A stretch of 64,000 nucleotides of DNA from Haplodiscus bocki (Eukaryota), in the NCBI GenBank assembly GCA_965655095.1, contig CBFHFQ010000365.1, forward strand, positions 1 to 64,000, written 5' to 3'. The notes under the pieces are model-generated. The model was not told the origin of the DNA, ran no database searches, and saw only the letters and a program-made list of their open reading frames with translations. A program made the position numbers and the translations under genes. Numbering within the stretch: position 1 is the stretch's first letter; the number at the start of each line of letters is the position of its first letter. Below, in pieces: positions 14,191 to 26,850 of this stretch.

Positions 14191-15794
14191 CTTCATAACT
14201 TGTCTCCCTTCCAAGTAATTTATCTTACATTTTTCAAATAAAAATATATTATTGCGTCTTCAAATTTGGGGAAGGTTAAAAAGACTTATGTTTTTACGCT
14301 TAAACAATGCCCAGACCCAGCTTTTACCAACAAAACGTGGTTCGACTTAAATTAGCTAAGCTAAAAATGGTGAATAGTAGTCTTCGCGATGTTTATTCTA
14401 TGAGAATAGAATACCACAGAAGAAGTGATGAACACGTTTTTTCCTAATTTATTATGCTATCAAAAAACTGATGACGAAAGATTCGTTTTTGGTTCCCAAT
14501 CTATGTTTGACTTGCTCAGGAAACGCCTAGGACATTTATCAATGTCTACTTAGAACTTCATGTAACAGAAGACTTGAGTATTTGTTTTTTCTAGACATGA
14601 GATAAAAAACTGAAAAAGAAAATTTAACTAATTGAAAAATCAAACACTCTCATCTGAGGAATGTTTTTATAAACATGCTGAAGACCGAATTGAAAAAATG
14701 ACTAAAATAAAAGTCTCACATTTTTTTGCTGTAGGTGTCCCTTACGTTTACTATGGATTCAGGTTTCACATCACAAACACCTACTCGAACTCAAAACTAC
14801 GAATCTGAAAAGACAATTCAATGTTAAACTCATAGAACTGAGAAAACGATTAATCCGAAAAACAATTGTCGAAAGAAGATGGAATTTCATATTGAACAAT
14901 TAAACAATTTAGGATTGACATGGATATTGACAGTCCAGGTTAAAAAAGTATTCCAGAAAGACCTCCTAAAGAAAATGTCTGACACAATCCAAGGTCAAAG
15001 ATTGTTTTGCAATATAACGCGAGTCCGAAAGTAAATTTGATGACGACCACAAAGATAGAATTTCCCACGAAATTGAAGTATATAACAAATGGAGATAGCA
15101 ATACAGCTGGTTTGACAGATAAAAATCCTCATCGCTACAAACACAATCTAAAAGAGGAGCCGAACGAGTGGCAATTGTACTAACTATCAGAAAAGTTACA
15201 ATTAAAAAGGGGTTAGGCTTATCGCATTATATACTAAAAATTTTGTGTTGAAAAGAGAAATAATTTTTTAAGGAATTAACGAAAAAACATTAGTGAAACT
15301 CATGAAGAATGACGGACAAAATTTCGAGGAATTGATAAATCATGTAGAAGTGAATTCTTCAAAAATAATCCTGCACAAGATTTTTAGAATTTGGATTATA
15401 TTCAGAAGAGAAAAACTAAAACACCAGGAATTGAAACAAATGATTCGAATGAAAAGAGAAGTACAGAACTTGGTTTTAAAAAATGGGAGATTATCTTCTG
15501 TGGAGAAGCATTCGAATGCATTTAAAAAAGAAAGCTTTTAGAAAAAAACGCTGCAGAAAGTTCCAAAAGATTTGATATGCCACGAACAAATGTATCATTG
15601 GAATACGACAATTTATAGACAAATATATCAACACTCCTTTAATGTTTTGGAGATATAATTTCATTTGGTAGTTCTGATGATGCAGATGAAGTACTAATGT
15701 TGTTTTAACTGTCGAAAAAAGACGAAGAGGATATATTGTCCAAATTTCAGAAATGGAAACAGACAGATGATATCATTTAATCGTTTTATTTTTT

Positions 15795-16140
15795 CTTAAA
15801 AAAACAACAATGAATATAAAAAAAGTACGACATAAACTAGGAGTCAACTTTGATAAAAACAACAGACATAGTAAATTTAAAAAGTTTTGGACTTGTAAAT
15901 CTTCATCCAACTAAAGGCACATTTTGGGTCGCATACATAAATGGAAAAGGTTTTGTTTCATTTGATCGCCCTCAACCAAAAGTAAAAACTGACTTTCTGA
16001 TCCGAAGAAATGAAGAGTTTTTTTTACAAAAATAATATCAAGGAAGAAACATATACTCAGCAGCCTATTGTTTATAAATTATTTACAAAAGAAAAAGTAA
16101 ACAGTTAGATTTCGAATCAGTATTTTGACGATTACATTAG
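15795..16140 (+). pseudogene. Adenain-like cysteine protease of the Maverick (copy at ~9620-9980)
   Basis: GLVNLHPTKGTFWVAYINGKGFVSFDRPQP ... YQGRNIYSAAYCL corresponds to GTHWV.Y..YFDSFG..P ... Q....C..YC; catalytic His and Cys positions are mutated. Confidence 0.85.
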
Positions 16141-17499
16141 AATGAAGTTGAATAGAGTAAAAACAAAAACAGATAACAGCGTAATAAAAGTAACAATCAA
16201 AAATTGTTGTTCAAAAATAAAAAAGGTGAATATAACGAAAAATGGTTGGATGAAACCAAAACGAAACAAATATCAAAAAATACAGATGAGCGTACAACAG
16301 CTAATTTTTCTTTGCAAGTGATGGAAAAACTGAAGTTGAAAAATAAAAGTAATGACAAAAAACGGACAAACTTTCTAAGTTATGATAAATCAAGTAGAAG
16401 AGAGTTCTCTAACAATGCTCCCTCAAAAAACAAGTAGCACGATTTAAATTGTATTCAGACAAAAAAACTGAAACAAAAACATTTGAAAAACTTGATCTGC
16501 ATGAAAAAGAACTTTTTTAGAATTGAGAGAGTATTTTTGTTCATTTTATTAGTTTCAAAAGAAAAAAACTACATCACATTAAAAAAACAGAAGTACTGCA
16601 GAAATGAAGATGAGACAATGATGTATACATCAGAGATGGTAAAATTAAAAGAAAATTGGTTTTGTAATTGTTCATTCAGTTGGAGGCAGACATTGATTCG
16701 CATAGACAAATGAAAAATGGTTTGTTACGTCTGATTGTCCTCCAACAAATGCTTTAACTGACTTTCCAATTAGATTTAGTTCTCCGAAAATAGAAGAAAG
16801 AGGAAAAAACGTATACTGTGCAGTGTATCGCTTATATATTGCTTAACTGACAAAAAATTTAAAAAAGATTTTCAATCGGAGTTCTTACATTCAAATCTTA
16901 ACAAAATTACCACTGGGAAAGACAAATTTGACAACAGTGTTTGGTAGGTGAAAATCAAAAAAATAATAGCAAAATTGAAAGTAGTGCTTTTGTGAACAGC
17001 GAGAAAAAATTTTTCTCCCAGCAATTATATGATAAAACTTTTATCGAGCAAACACTTGAAGGCTAGTAATTATTAACGAACAAAATATCCTTGTTTGTGA
17101 ATTCAAAAAAATTTGATGTTTTTATTGAGCAAACTGAGTTACAGGAAGTTTTATGTTTTCAAACAGATAAACCAAAGGATATTTGCGAGTTTGGTATACT
17201 TATAAAGTGATTGGAGGAAAAACGGATGATATATTTAACAAGTTTTGAGGTAAATATTTTCATTTGAAAGATAACAGAAGAAAGATATAATTTTAAATTT
17301 CAAGTGACATAACATTGAGAAAAACCTGGACCTAATAACGGAGTAAAAACAGTTTTCTAGACAAAAGAACTCGAAATTCAAACGATAGCGAAAAACTAGT
17401 TCTAAAATGTGACATATATTTAGCGCATCCTTAACTGGCTGCTAGAAAACCAATATCGGCGGGATTAGGAAGAGAAATCATTATATTGAGTTTATGGGT

Positions 17500-18130
17500 T
17501 TTTAAAATGGTTTCAACAATTGACGAATTTGTACTTTCGTGAAAGTTCAAGCAATATAACCGATTATATAAATTTTTCCTTTTACCAGCTGGATAATTTG
17601 AACAAATTGATATTGATAACACTTTGACATCAGGTTTAGCAATTAGCAATAACGAAAATTATATGAAAGTATTTTTATATGTGAAAGCTACAGAGACTGA
17701 AGTTTGAACTTTGTCAGTAAAACATTCTTCGATTCATTATCGGGACATAAAAGGAAGAAGTAAGCATTAGCGAAAGACATTAGTAGGAAACATGTTTTAA
17801 TCACTAGAAAAGATAAAGTTCTTTTGAAATGTGATGGTTTTGGTGGACATTTCGTACAACGAATCAGATAACCTATCCTGTACAGTTTTCTAAAAGTGAA
17901 ACCAGTTGATTATGAATTATGACGTAGTTTCACCAATGCAAAAATGTACAGAAGAGGTGGTCTGATTTTGTGTACAGAAGTTCCTGCAAAACAATCACAT
18001 TTCGAAACAACTTTATCCCAAGTTTTCGGAAGCTTATCCGTTGATAACGGGATAGCACTTTTTAGAGATTGGAAAGAAAAATAGGGTTGATTTTGAAGTC
18101 AAAATCTTAACTAAATTCTACTTCATTATT
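17500..18130 (+). pseudogene. Minor capsid (penton-like) protein 1 (copy at ~11340-11930)
   Basis: LLPAG*FEQIDIDNTL, DKVLLKCDGFGGHFVQRIR*PILYSFLKVKPVDY and VDFE match the Polinton minor-capsid pattern PGxY ... LKCD.I.GS..NG...PILYSF ... VDFNGE. Confidence 0.75.
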
Positions 18131-18339
18131 ATTGAAAAAATAAAACAATCTCAGCGTTAAATTTTCAATTAACGTTTTGTATAATCTCATATACAAACTT
18201 TTCTCGAGTGAGTTTCCCAAAAATTGAAAAAAAAATTGACCAAGTTTTGTTGATCTTAATGGGAAAACTAAAATTTTTCAAATTTTATCAATAAGAAGGA
18301 ATAAAAAGGTAACCGAAGAATTTGTTGAAAAAATATTGG

Positions 18340-19660
18340 AATTCTACTTATAATTGAAAGAAGACAAAAACTCTTATCAAAGCAGCAAAAGTTAGCCCCT
18401 AAAAACAATAGAATTCAAACAGAATGAACCAGTAAATATTTTCCATTTTGATACTCCCTTAAAACCAAAAGAACGCAAATAGTTGTTAGGGTTGAATAAC
18501 TTCAAAATATGTGTTTTTTCAAAAAGATCTTAAGAAAATAATGTTTCTTGAATCTTTTGTCCTGGTTAAAAGACATCGAATGAAAATCAATTAAGGAACA
18601 CTAAAAAAGAAATAGTTTCCTACATGTCCCCATAGGGGGCTCTGCTACACGAACCCATTGATGTCATGAAAATTTGTTGATTAATCTGTGAGAAAAGAAG
18701 GTTGAAGCTTTGAAAATGTTGAACATAGGGATTTTGACTAGTTGTTATTCAGACTGATTTCAACAAATGATTTGAAAACCATTCCATTGATTCTTTTTCA
18801 GCAGTCTTTCACCAGTATTCCCCAGGTGTATATGAGATTGTGGGCATCCACAAAATTTCATGTAAATTTTCTTCCCATTACTTTAGGAGAAGTATTTTTT
18901 CTAACGGAAACATAAAAGATAGCTTTTTTTCGGGAATAAGACTTAAAAACTGAAAAACTACGACCACATGGTATGAAAAGATTGATATAATTCAAAACTT
19001 TTGAAGAAAAAATGAAAAAAAAATGGAAAAAGAAAGAATTTAACATTAGATCAAGATGCAATCTTTTGGAAAACCTTTTTTTTAGGATTTTGTTAAAAGT
19101 GTTTTTTTGAGACTTCCAAAGCTATTTTAGAGTACGAAGGATGTCAAAAGACAAAATGGCTTTTTTAAAATACCTTGTTCCTAGTTTTGTTAGATTCGAG
19201 ACACCTAACAACCATACAGTGTAATTTAAGGCACATAATATTATTACATCAAAAGACATAATGAAAGAATCGTTTTCACTGATGTTACAACGGATTAAAA
19301 AAGAGTAAAAAAACAAATAACAATTTCAGGTTCGATGAGAAGTTAATTTTAATAAAACTACTAGATGTGTCAGCGAGTTTTAATTTTGAGAAACTTGTAA
19401 AGGTGACACCAAAAGACGAATAATCTTCAATATGAATTTAGGCCTATGACTCTTTATTAAGTAGTACAAGAGAACCAAGGCCTTGAATTTTTTATTAAAC
19501 AATTTTTTGAAAAAATATTCATTGCGAACAGGAAACATTACACTATAAAAAACCTACCCATACTGAAAAAAAGCAACATTCTACTTGGAAGACGTTGAGA
19601 GGCACAGGAAAGACTTCAATGGTGATATTATGAGCTTTAGTTTATTTTCGTTTAATTGCT
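18340..19660 (+). pseudogene. Second, longer minor capsid (penton-like) protein
   Basis: IEFKQNEPVNIFHFDTP..LLGLNN (N-terminus), PGVYEI (~18821), YDSLLSSTREP (~19445) and DFNGDIMSFSL (~19612). Confidence 0.65.
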
Positions 19661-19989
19661 AAGTACAGAACTTGGTTCAAACAGATGTAAAAACTCTTGT
19701 AAACAACTGAAAACAATTTTTTTTCAAAAAACTCTTCAGAAATTCAATTAATATTTGATATTGCCTTTATTGGTGAAACATTGTGCTTTACTTCAATATT
19801 AAAAAAGTTTAAACAACTACCACGGTTGTTTGAGCCACTGTAATTCGAGGAGTCACTCTACCGGCAAACTTTCAATTTACACTGTAAATGAACTTCCTAA
19901 AACTTGCCTCTAAGCGAGTTTTAAGAACATATGATTGATTGCTACTATAGCCTTCATCTCTGGCAATTCTTTTTCCCAAAAATAATGTC

Positions 19990-20385
19990 ATGGAAAAAAA
20001 AGAACCAATTTTTTTTCATTGGTGGACGTCATTATTCTAGGACAAAGAGAATAGAATGTGAATAAAAAACAGGTCAAAAGTCATAAATTGATGAGAGTGT
20101 TATTTGTAATACTAAAAAGTCAATAGCTGTAAAATATATTATAATAGAGGCAGAAGCTTTAGGTATGGTTCTCAAAAGCTTCGGAAAAACTTATTCCGAA
20201 GTAGGTAAAAAAAGGTAAAAAAACAGATACAGCTTTAAAAAAATCCTGGAAGTACAATGGAGCTTGGAGTGAAAAATTGGTAGTGCAGCTATATCTAGAA
20301 ACTCTACAGCAGCATTATATACAAACTCACACCCAATAGACTTTTATCAAACTTTTGAAGGATTATATCTTGGAAAATTGGTCTA
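19990..20385 (+). pseudogene. Small Maverick ORF with an amphipathic segment (possible pVI/pX-like core or membrane-active protein)
   Basis: GGRHYS..., IEAEALGMVLKSFGK and KNPGSTMELG..IGSAAISRNSTAAL..DFYQTFEGLYLGKL; functional label is inference. Confidence 0.45.
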
Positions 20386-20389
20386 CACT

Positions 20390-20900
20390 ATTGAGTACTA
20401 CAAAGTTGTACCCCTCTGCTACAGTGCAAACAATTATTGATTTTGAAGAGAGGTTAGAAGTAAACTATACGGTATAAGTAACTTTGTTAACTCCAATATC
20501 AATGTGAAAGAGGAGAATACCCATTTCAAACCAAAAAACAACGAAGACAAAAAGTATTGAAGAGAAAGTCGGCGACTATAATGAAATCAGTTGATACAAT
20601 TGATCTCCTTGCTACAAGTTTAAACAAAATCTGTGGTAAAATTTATCACATGATATGCGATCTTGGTAATACCAGTACCAGCTGGAGTAGCGTTTGGATT
20701 GACATCAAGTGAAAAGTAAAACCTGTGAGTGTTCTCTCAAAAGTATTAATATCAAAAACTTTAATTGGAGAGCACATCAGACTGTCGATTCTTTTGACAA
20801 ATTTCAAGGGGAAGATTTACGAGATAATTTATTCGACAGAAATGAATATCATTGTATTTGTAAAGATAATTACAACACTGGTGATTGGAAGCAATAAGAA
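20390..20900 (+). pseudogene. Maverick ORF of unknown function with a hydrophobic central stretch
   Basis: KSATIMKSVDTIDLLATS..LVIPVPAGVAFGLTS ... DSFDKFQGEDLRDNLFDRNEYHCIC. Confidence 0.4.
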
Positions 20901-21214
20901 GGTTTCCATAAAAATATTGTTCGGAAAAGAGTTTTTCAGTAATAATAGTTAAAAACTGAAAGTAGGAATTTTCCAGAAGTGAACACTCGAAACTTTTTAG
21001 ATGCTAAACATGTAAAGGACTTCATTTTTTCAAAATTTGTAAAAAGAATTAGGATGACAGCAATTTTTATACAGTAAATTGAAAAGAGATGGCCGGCCGT
21101 TTTTTAGTAAGAGAATTAAATGTCACAATTGTGGAGGAAGTTTGTCGAAAACAGTTGATTACACGTATTGAAAAGGAACACAAACAAGAGTTGTTGCCGA
21201 TGGCGTCCTAAATT

Positions 21215-21780
21215 TTAGTTAATACTAGAAGCTTAAGTTTCGCACCGTCTTTGTCAGGTGAGTCTTAATCCATACCGAAGATAACTGAAAAACAATAAAA
21301 ATAGGGATCTTCCCATTGAAACCCGGTCTCTTGATCCCAAAGTTTACAGATGATTGCAGTTAAAAAATAAGCAAACGAACATGAAGATAGTCTTGCTTTT
21401 TGGCTATTTGTTGGATCATTGTCATCAATACTTTCACCTAATTTTACAAATCGTCGACAGAAAGATTTAGATTTAATATCCATCCCTAACATTTTTTAAA
21501 ATTACAAAGTAGTTACAAGAAATAACAGTAGCATAAAATTTTTAAATAAACAACCGCCGAAAGACGTGGTACAAATGTATAGATACATAGCTGGAATTGA
21601 TGGTTTATGATGATTTTAAGGGTCATTGTCGAGAAGCATTGAAAGATGAATACTTTAGTTATTTTCAAATTGATATTTATAAAACAAAAGCGAAGGACCG
21701 TTTTTCATTTGAAACGAGATCAAGCAAACTGATTTTGAACGTACACCATAATCAACCCCATTTCAATAAATGTTATCATT
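21215..21780 (+). pseudogene. Genome-packaging ATPase (FtsK-HerA/A32-like)
   Basis: Decayed Walker A NTRSLSFAPSLSGES*, arginine-finger region FTNRRQKDLD, then VTRNNSS..KQPPKDVVQMYRYIAG..YDDFKGHCREALKDEYFSYFQID; homologous to the ATPase at 55250-55700. Confidence 0.8.
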
Positions 21781-21789
21781 GATGTATTT

Positions 21790-22400
21790 CATCGAAAAAA
21801 AAAAGAAGAGCTGGATGAACTCATAGAAATGGGGAACTTAAGTCATGTAGTTGAGAATTTTTGGTCACAAGAAAAACTACCTAAACAAATTGTGAGGTCA
21901 CACATTGTTAGAGTTGTAGATACAAAAAAAAGGTAATCGAAGAAGGTCAATCTAGAAGCGAGAAAAAATTACTGACGAAAAAACAAGAAAAACTGAAAAA
22001 AATCTGTCTAATATGAAATCAGTGACTGATTTAATGGAAACAACTGCAATTTTTCTAAAAGGTGAAAAGAATAATGCTGATTCAGATGGCGTTACCATAG
22101 TGAATGATGATGATAAAGGTACTGATGACACGAGGATAAACCGAACCACAAAGCTTTCCACGGAAGAAGATACTGAATATATAAATTGAACAAAAATCTT
22201 GGTTATTATTATATGGAAAAAGCGAAGAGAAGAAGCAAATACTTAATTTTCGGGATTAGTGGCTTTCCCGTCGGAAAATGTTGATGGAATATAAGATAGT
22301 TTACAAGTGGTTATCCAAAACAGAACAAGTTCGAAATGACAACAAACAGTTCATAATGAAATTGTTGCATTAATTGATTTAATAACACAAACTAAATGAA
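21790..22400 (+). pseudogene. Conserved Maverick ORF with a C-terminal DPNEL..RL.LL..GN-type motif
   Basis: FPSENVDGI*DSLQVVIQ..NDNKQ.HNEIVALIDL is homologous to PSDPKQPMGTLGLLYYEERGGKQSNVLSQERTALLDK at ~55040-55190. Confidence 0.5.
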
Positions 22401-22449
22401 TAACTAAGGCTCAACACTAAAACTTTTTGACCGATCTTGACCTGAATCA

Positions 22450-23090
22450 ATTTTTCTAAGATGAATGAAATGCATGAAACAGATGTACCATTCCAAAATT
22501 GTGATTACATCCGTTTTACACCTCTTACTTTTTGAGCTGTAAAACACGTGCACTCTCAAATTTTTGGGTACCCTCAAAGAAAAGATAGTGGTATATCGTT
22601 GAATGAAAGTTATCTTCAAGTAGATTTTCATGTAATTCGAGAATAGGATGCACGACTTAGAGCTGCCACATGTGAAATTTGTTACATTAGGACGTTTTGC
22701 TTTTTTCTGTAATTTTAAAACAACTGCAAGTAGTGGAAATTATTTTAGGACAGTTGATCTCGCACATCCGATATGTTTAATGTATAAATCATAAGAAACC
22801 AGTGAAAAAGAAGAAGGTTTCTCATTTGTTTTTAAAAGTGATCGCGATTGTACGCAAGAAGAATTAACGAATGAGGCAAAGGGAAGAAAGTTCCATTTTA
22901 CGATTTATTTAAGAGATGCTTTCGCATCTGCTGAGCATCTTGAAAATGGTACATATAGTCTAGAGGTGAAAATTGATTCTGAAATTGAAAAGAGATCATG
23001 ATGATTTTAATTGCGGACGTGGAGCTAAAGCAAGACTCATTTCAAAAAACAGTAGCTGCTATATACTACCTTATACAAACTTTATACCAG
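22450..23090 (+). pseudogene. Major capsid protein (double jelly-roll), N-terminal half only
   Basis: NCDYIRFTP..KDSGISLNESYLQVDFHV, LGRFAFFCNFKTTASSG..VDLAHPICLMYK and FTIYLRDAFASAEHLENGTYSL; homologous to 56520-57690. Confidence 0.75.
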
Positions 23091-23539
23091 ATGATGTAAA
23101 ACTCAGTAGACATTTCTAAAATTCGGACTGATTTCAGATGAAATGAAAGCTCTGACAACCGTAAATAAGACAAAGAAGATTGTAGAACGCGAAAAAAAAT
23201 GCCGGAAGTTGAAGTTCAATTGAATTTATTTCAAATTATTTTCATTTACTGAATCGAAAATATTCCGCTTCTGCACAACCTACTAAAGTAGAAACAGGAA
23301 ACTGCAAGGTTTTCCAGTAAAAAAGCAGTTACTGGCTGTGTTGTCTTATTGACAATCAATACTTTGTCATTTCAAAGCAAAGGACACAGACAATTTGACC
23401 TATAATTAAAACCAAAAGTGACTAATTGGTTTTCAAATGAATGCATGACGCAGGATTTCGTAACAATTGCAATGAAAGTTTCACTAAAACTGTATATTAT
23501 AAAAGCAATATTTCAAATTGTTTTAACCTGAAAATAAGT

Positions 23540-26500
23540 GATATGTTAAAGAGAGAATTTTGGGAAGAAAACGGTCGTTTTTGAAGAAGAAATTGTTTTT
23601 CTTTCAAGATAATATACTTTACTCTCACGAAAGTGATCCCATAACCTTCTTTTATTACTTTGCTCATTAATTGAGTTCAGGGGTACTTTAGCAATTTCAC
23701 GAGAAAACGAGACGATCTTTTATCTTTCTTTCTAAATGATAGTTGTCTTCAAAGAAATTCATAGCCTCTTTTTCACGTCGGGCAACTATAAAAATCATTC
23801 AATTCAATTTGATCTTGGAACCATCTGGTTTTTTAGATTTCAGTTCTTTTCTTTGTCATCAGAACACACAAAGAATTATAACTTTGCTCTTACTACACTT
23901 GAGTTTTTCAATTCAAATCTTTTCGGGAGTTTTTATTTTGTTTTTACGAAGAACTGTTTTTTTCACAATTTACAACAGATAAATGTTTTATTCGATCCAA
24001 TAAACTTGAAAAAAATACCTTCATCAAGCTTTTGACCTAGTCTTTCTGTTTGAAACAAAGAAAAAACGAATCCAAATAGTTATTGTGTAAATCAAGGTTT
24101 CGCGGTTAGGTTTTAATACTATTTAATAGGTTTCATAGACATGTAATTTAGAAGTCTCTTATAAACGATTTCCTAAATGTATTGATTTTTTGAACATTTA
24201 TGTTTTTCATTTAAGAGAGAGGCAATCAAAATCACCACAAAAATTTAAATCTCTATTTGTGTTTTGTTTTGTTTTTTATACGTTCCCCCAGTGTCATCAG
24301 AGTTATTGAGCAATAAATCAAGTCAATTACGTACAATTTTGATTGATTTTTCATAAACTGCATTGCTTAATAGTTTACAAAATTACTGGAGATTGTCATT
24401 CTTTTCCGCCACTCTTCTCCTTGTTTTTCAAAGCTCACCACTCTAAACTCTTCAGTTACATCCATTAGTTGGGAAATCGGAATTTTTTTTTCTACAATGT
24501 ATAAAACATTTTCTATGTTTTTTTTTAACACAAATGAGGATCTTTTATGGGTACTAAACTAATGGTCAGGTCTGTTTCATGTCAGCAAATTATTTAGTAG
24601 TTGGTATAATTTTTGTGTTTCGTACAGAATGAGAAAACAGAAAAGCTGGATTCTTGAATTTTTGTTTACTGTAAATTGTTTTCCGCATTCTTTTCAAAAT
24701 CAGACGTACATTTAGTATTAGGTATTTCATACAGACTCACATTTTCTGTGAACTGTATGTCTGCAAATGGTTAAATTTGAGACATTCCACGACCTGAAAA
24801 TTTATTCGTATACATTGATTTCAAAAGTCTTGCCCCCAAACATCCAGATAACCACTTCTAATAGCATTCTTATAAAGGACATAAAAGTTCCTGGATCTTG
24901 TAAAAGGTCTTGAAAAGTTTCCTTTATTTCAATCCAGAATGCCAACTGAAAACAGGTAAAGATAGAAAACGTGATTGCAGAAAAAATTTTTGTGTATGGC
25001 ATGTTTCAAAGGAAATTTTAAATACATTCGCTAAAGGTGTAACATCTGTTTTTCTAAAAATCCTGACAAATCCCTACAGGTGGTTCCAAGATCTTATCTG
25101 CATTTCTTGATACAGTTTTGGCTCTATGTTTTACTCTTCTTTTCAGTTTGGTTAATCGATTTGGCATAATTTTCCATCTAACGGAATTTTTCATAAAGAT
25201 TTGCACAAAGTCCTAAAAAAAGAAAAGTCTTTTGCAAGTACTGTTTTGGCATTTTTCAATTTTCGTTTATGTAAGAATCTCGATATGTCTTCTGACCTAG
25301 CTTTTGAAACCCTTTATGAGTCCTTAAACTTCGAAAAAGCATAAAGTACAGAAAAAAATTCTTCAAAAATGTAGAAATTACTTCACAACTTATCCAATTA
25401 GGTCTACAACCTTTTGATTTTTTTGTGAACCATTATGAATTAAACTCATTAAAAATATCTAAAAACTTGCGGAAACAAGGGAAGATTGTTTTCCCAATCG
25501 ATCAAGTTACATTATTGGTTAGCTGCTCCTCTATTTGCTCCTGTTAGCTGGAAACTATCTCTTTTTCGTATTTCTAAAGCTCTAAGATTTTTTCCACATA
25601 ACCAACAACTTTTTGCTCTCAAAAGTCTGTTTTACGTGTTTCCGCCGATTTTCAATTCTATTGCTTTTTGATTTAAAAAATACTGTCTGGTATTTGCATT
25701 CCTCCTACAAACCATTATTTACAAAGAGCACCAAAGAACATGAGGACATCCCAATGGAATAACATCAGGTACGTCTGCTTCCACATAGTAATTAGGAGAC
25801 TAGTTTTTGAAGGAACTTTTTTCCAGTTTTGTCCTACTCGTTTTCAAATAAATGTGCACACCTACACTGCAAAAGACATTGTATCAAAAAGGTTTGTATC
25901 CTTGAAGATTTGTATTGCAAGACTCATTAGAAACAAGCTCAATTTTGACTCAATAAAACCCTTACTGAAAGACGTGAATTCAAACATTTTCGGAATAACG
26001 AAGGTTATTATAACGTTTTTCACCATCTTGAAAAAATTCAAGCAATTTTCTCATTAAAAGGTAAGGTCTTTGGTATGAACTTAGATCAATTGTTTCATTG
26101 CTTTCAAAATTAGATTTAGTTGCAAGCAAACTATCAAAACTGTTCTGAAGCATGTTTTTTCAAACTTTCTTTGGTTGTTGCTGTTTTCTTCATACGTAGA
26201 ATTGACGCAAGGTTTTTGTCAAATTGTAATCCAAATAAAAATGTACTTAGTTGGTTCAGGTTTTCTTTTTTTATATCATCAGTATTTAACCGTCAGTAAT
26301 ATCAATTCCAACTCTTTCAATTTCTTGAAGATATTTTGAGTCGGTTTCTACACTTTTATGGCTGATATCTTGGCTGATGTAATAAAATCTAGCATACTAT
26401 ATACACCACACTCTTCATCTTTTGTTTTCTTTTCCTTTTATTGACTGCTTTCTCTTTGGTATTTCTATAAATGATGATCCTTTTGTTACTTTTCATTCGA

Positions 26501-26850
26501 ATAAGTATAATCTCACTAATAGAAACTCGAAAAGTAGTCAACTTGAGCCTCTGATCTCAATAGTTTCAATCTCATTTAGTTTTTTTGTGAGAACTTTACA
26601 AAAATAACGTTCCTTTCAGTTTCTTCATATTGGAATACAGGAACTATGAAAAGTTTTTTTTGTTAACTTTTTTGAAATGAAGCCTAGCTTGTTACCCTGT
26701 ACTTGCAAACAGCTGTTGATTTCCTTGAGTCTTAGCTCCTATAACAGAGGTGTAAACGAAAATTAAACATATTTTATTTTAAAAAAGTTGTTTCTAGAGT
26801 ACTTTAATGTTGAGAATTCCGCAAAAAAAATTTGAGTTTGAATAGATTCT
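23540..26850 (-). pseudogene. Protein-primed family B DNA polymerase (pPolB)
   Basis: In order on the minus strand: KGSSFIEIP (~26480), CWLCG..DSFQLTGANRGAANQ*CNL (DHCH..G.YRG.AH..CN, ~25505-25600), RKTDVTPLANVF (~25020-25055), NAIRSG (IRGG, ~24860), SKLHVYE (~24135), LDSF (DTDS, ~24070). Confidence 0.9.

Larger units (their letters stand above)
11931..18090 (+). repeat. Tandem segmental duplication, copy 2
   Basis: Starts agtttattattcactcgacaagggggaaaatagg (cf. 5772). Similarity ends at gcactttttagagattg..aaaaatag (18056-18084 vs 11901-11930). Confidence 0.95.

Noticed and set aside
16560-17480. Zinc-finger-like Maverick accessory ORF
   Set aside because: Only scattered Cys-containing fragments remain; too decayed to support a call.
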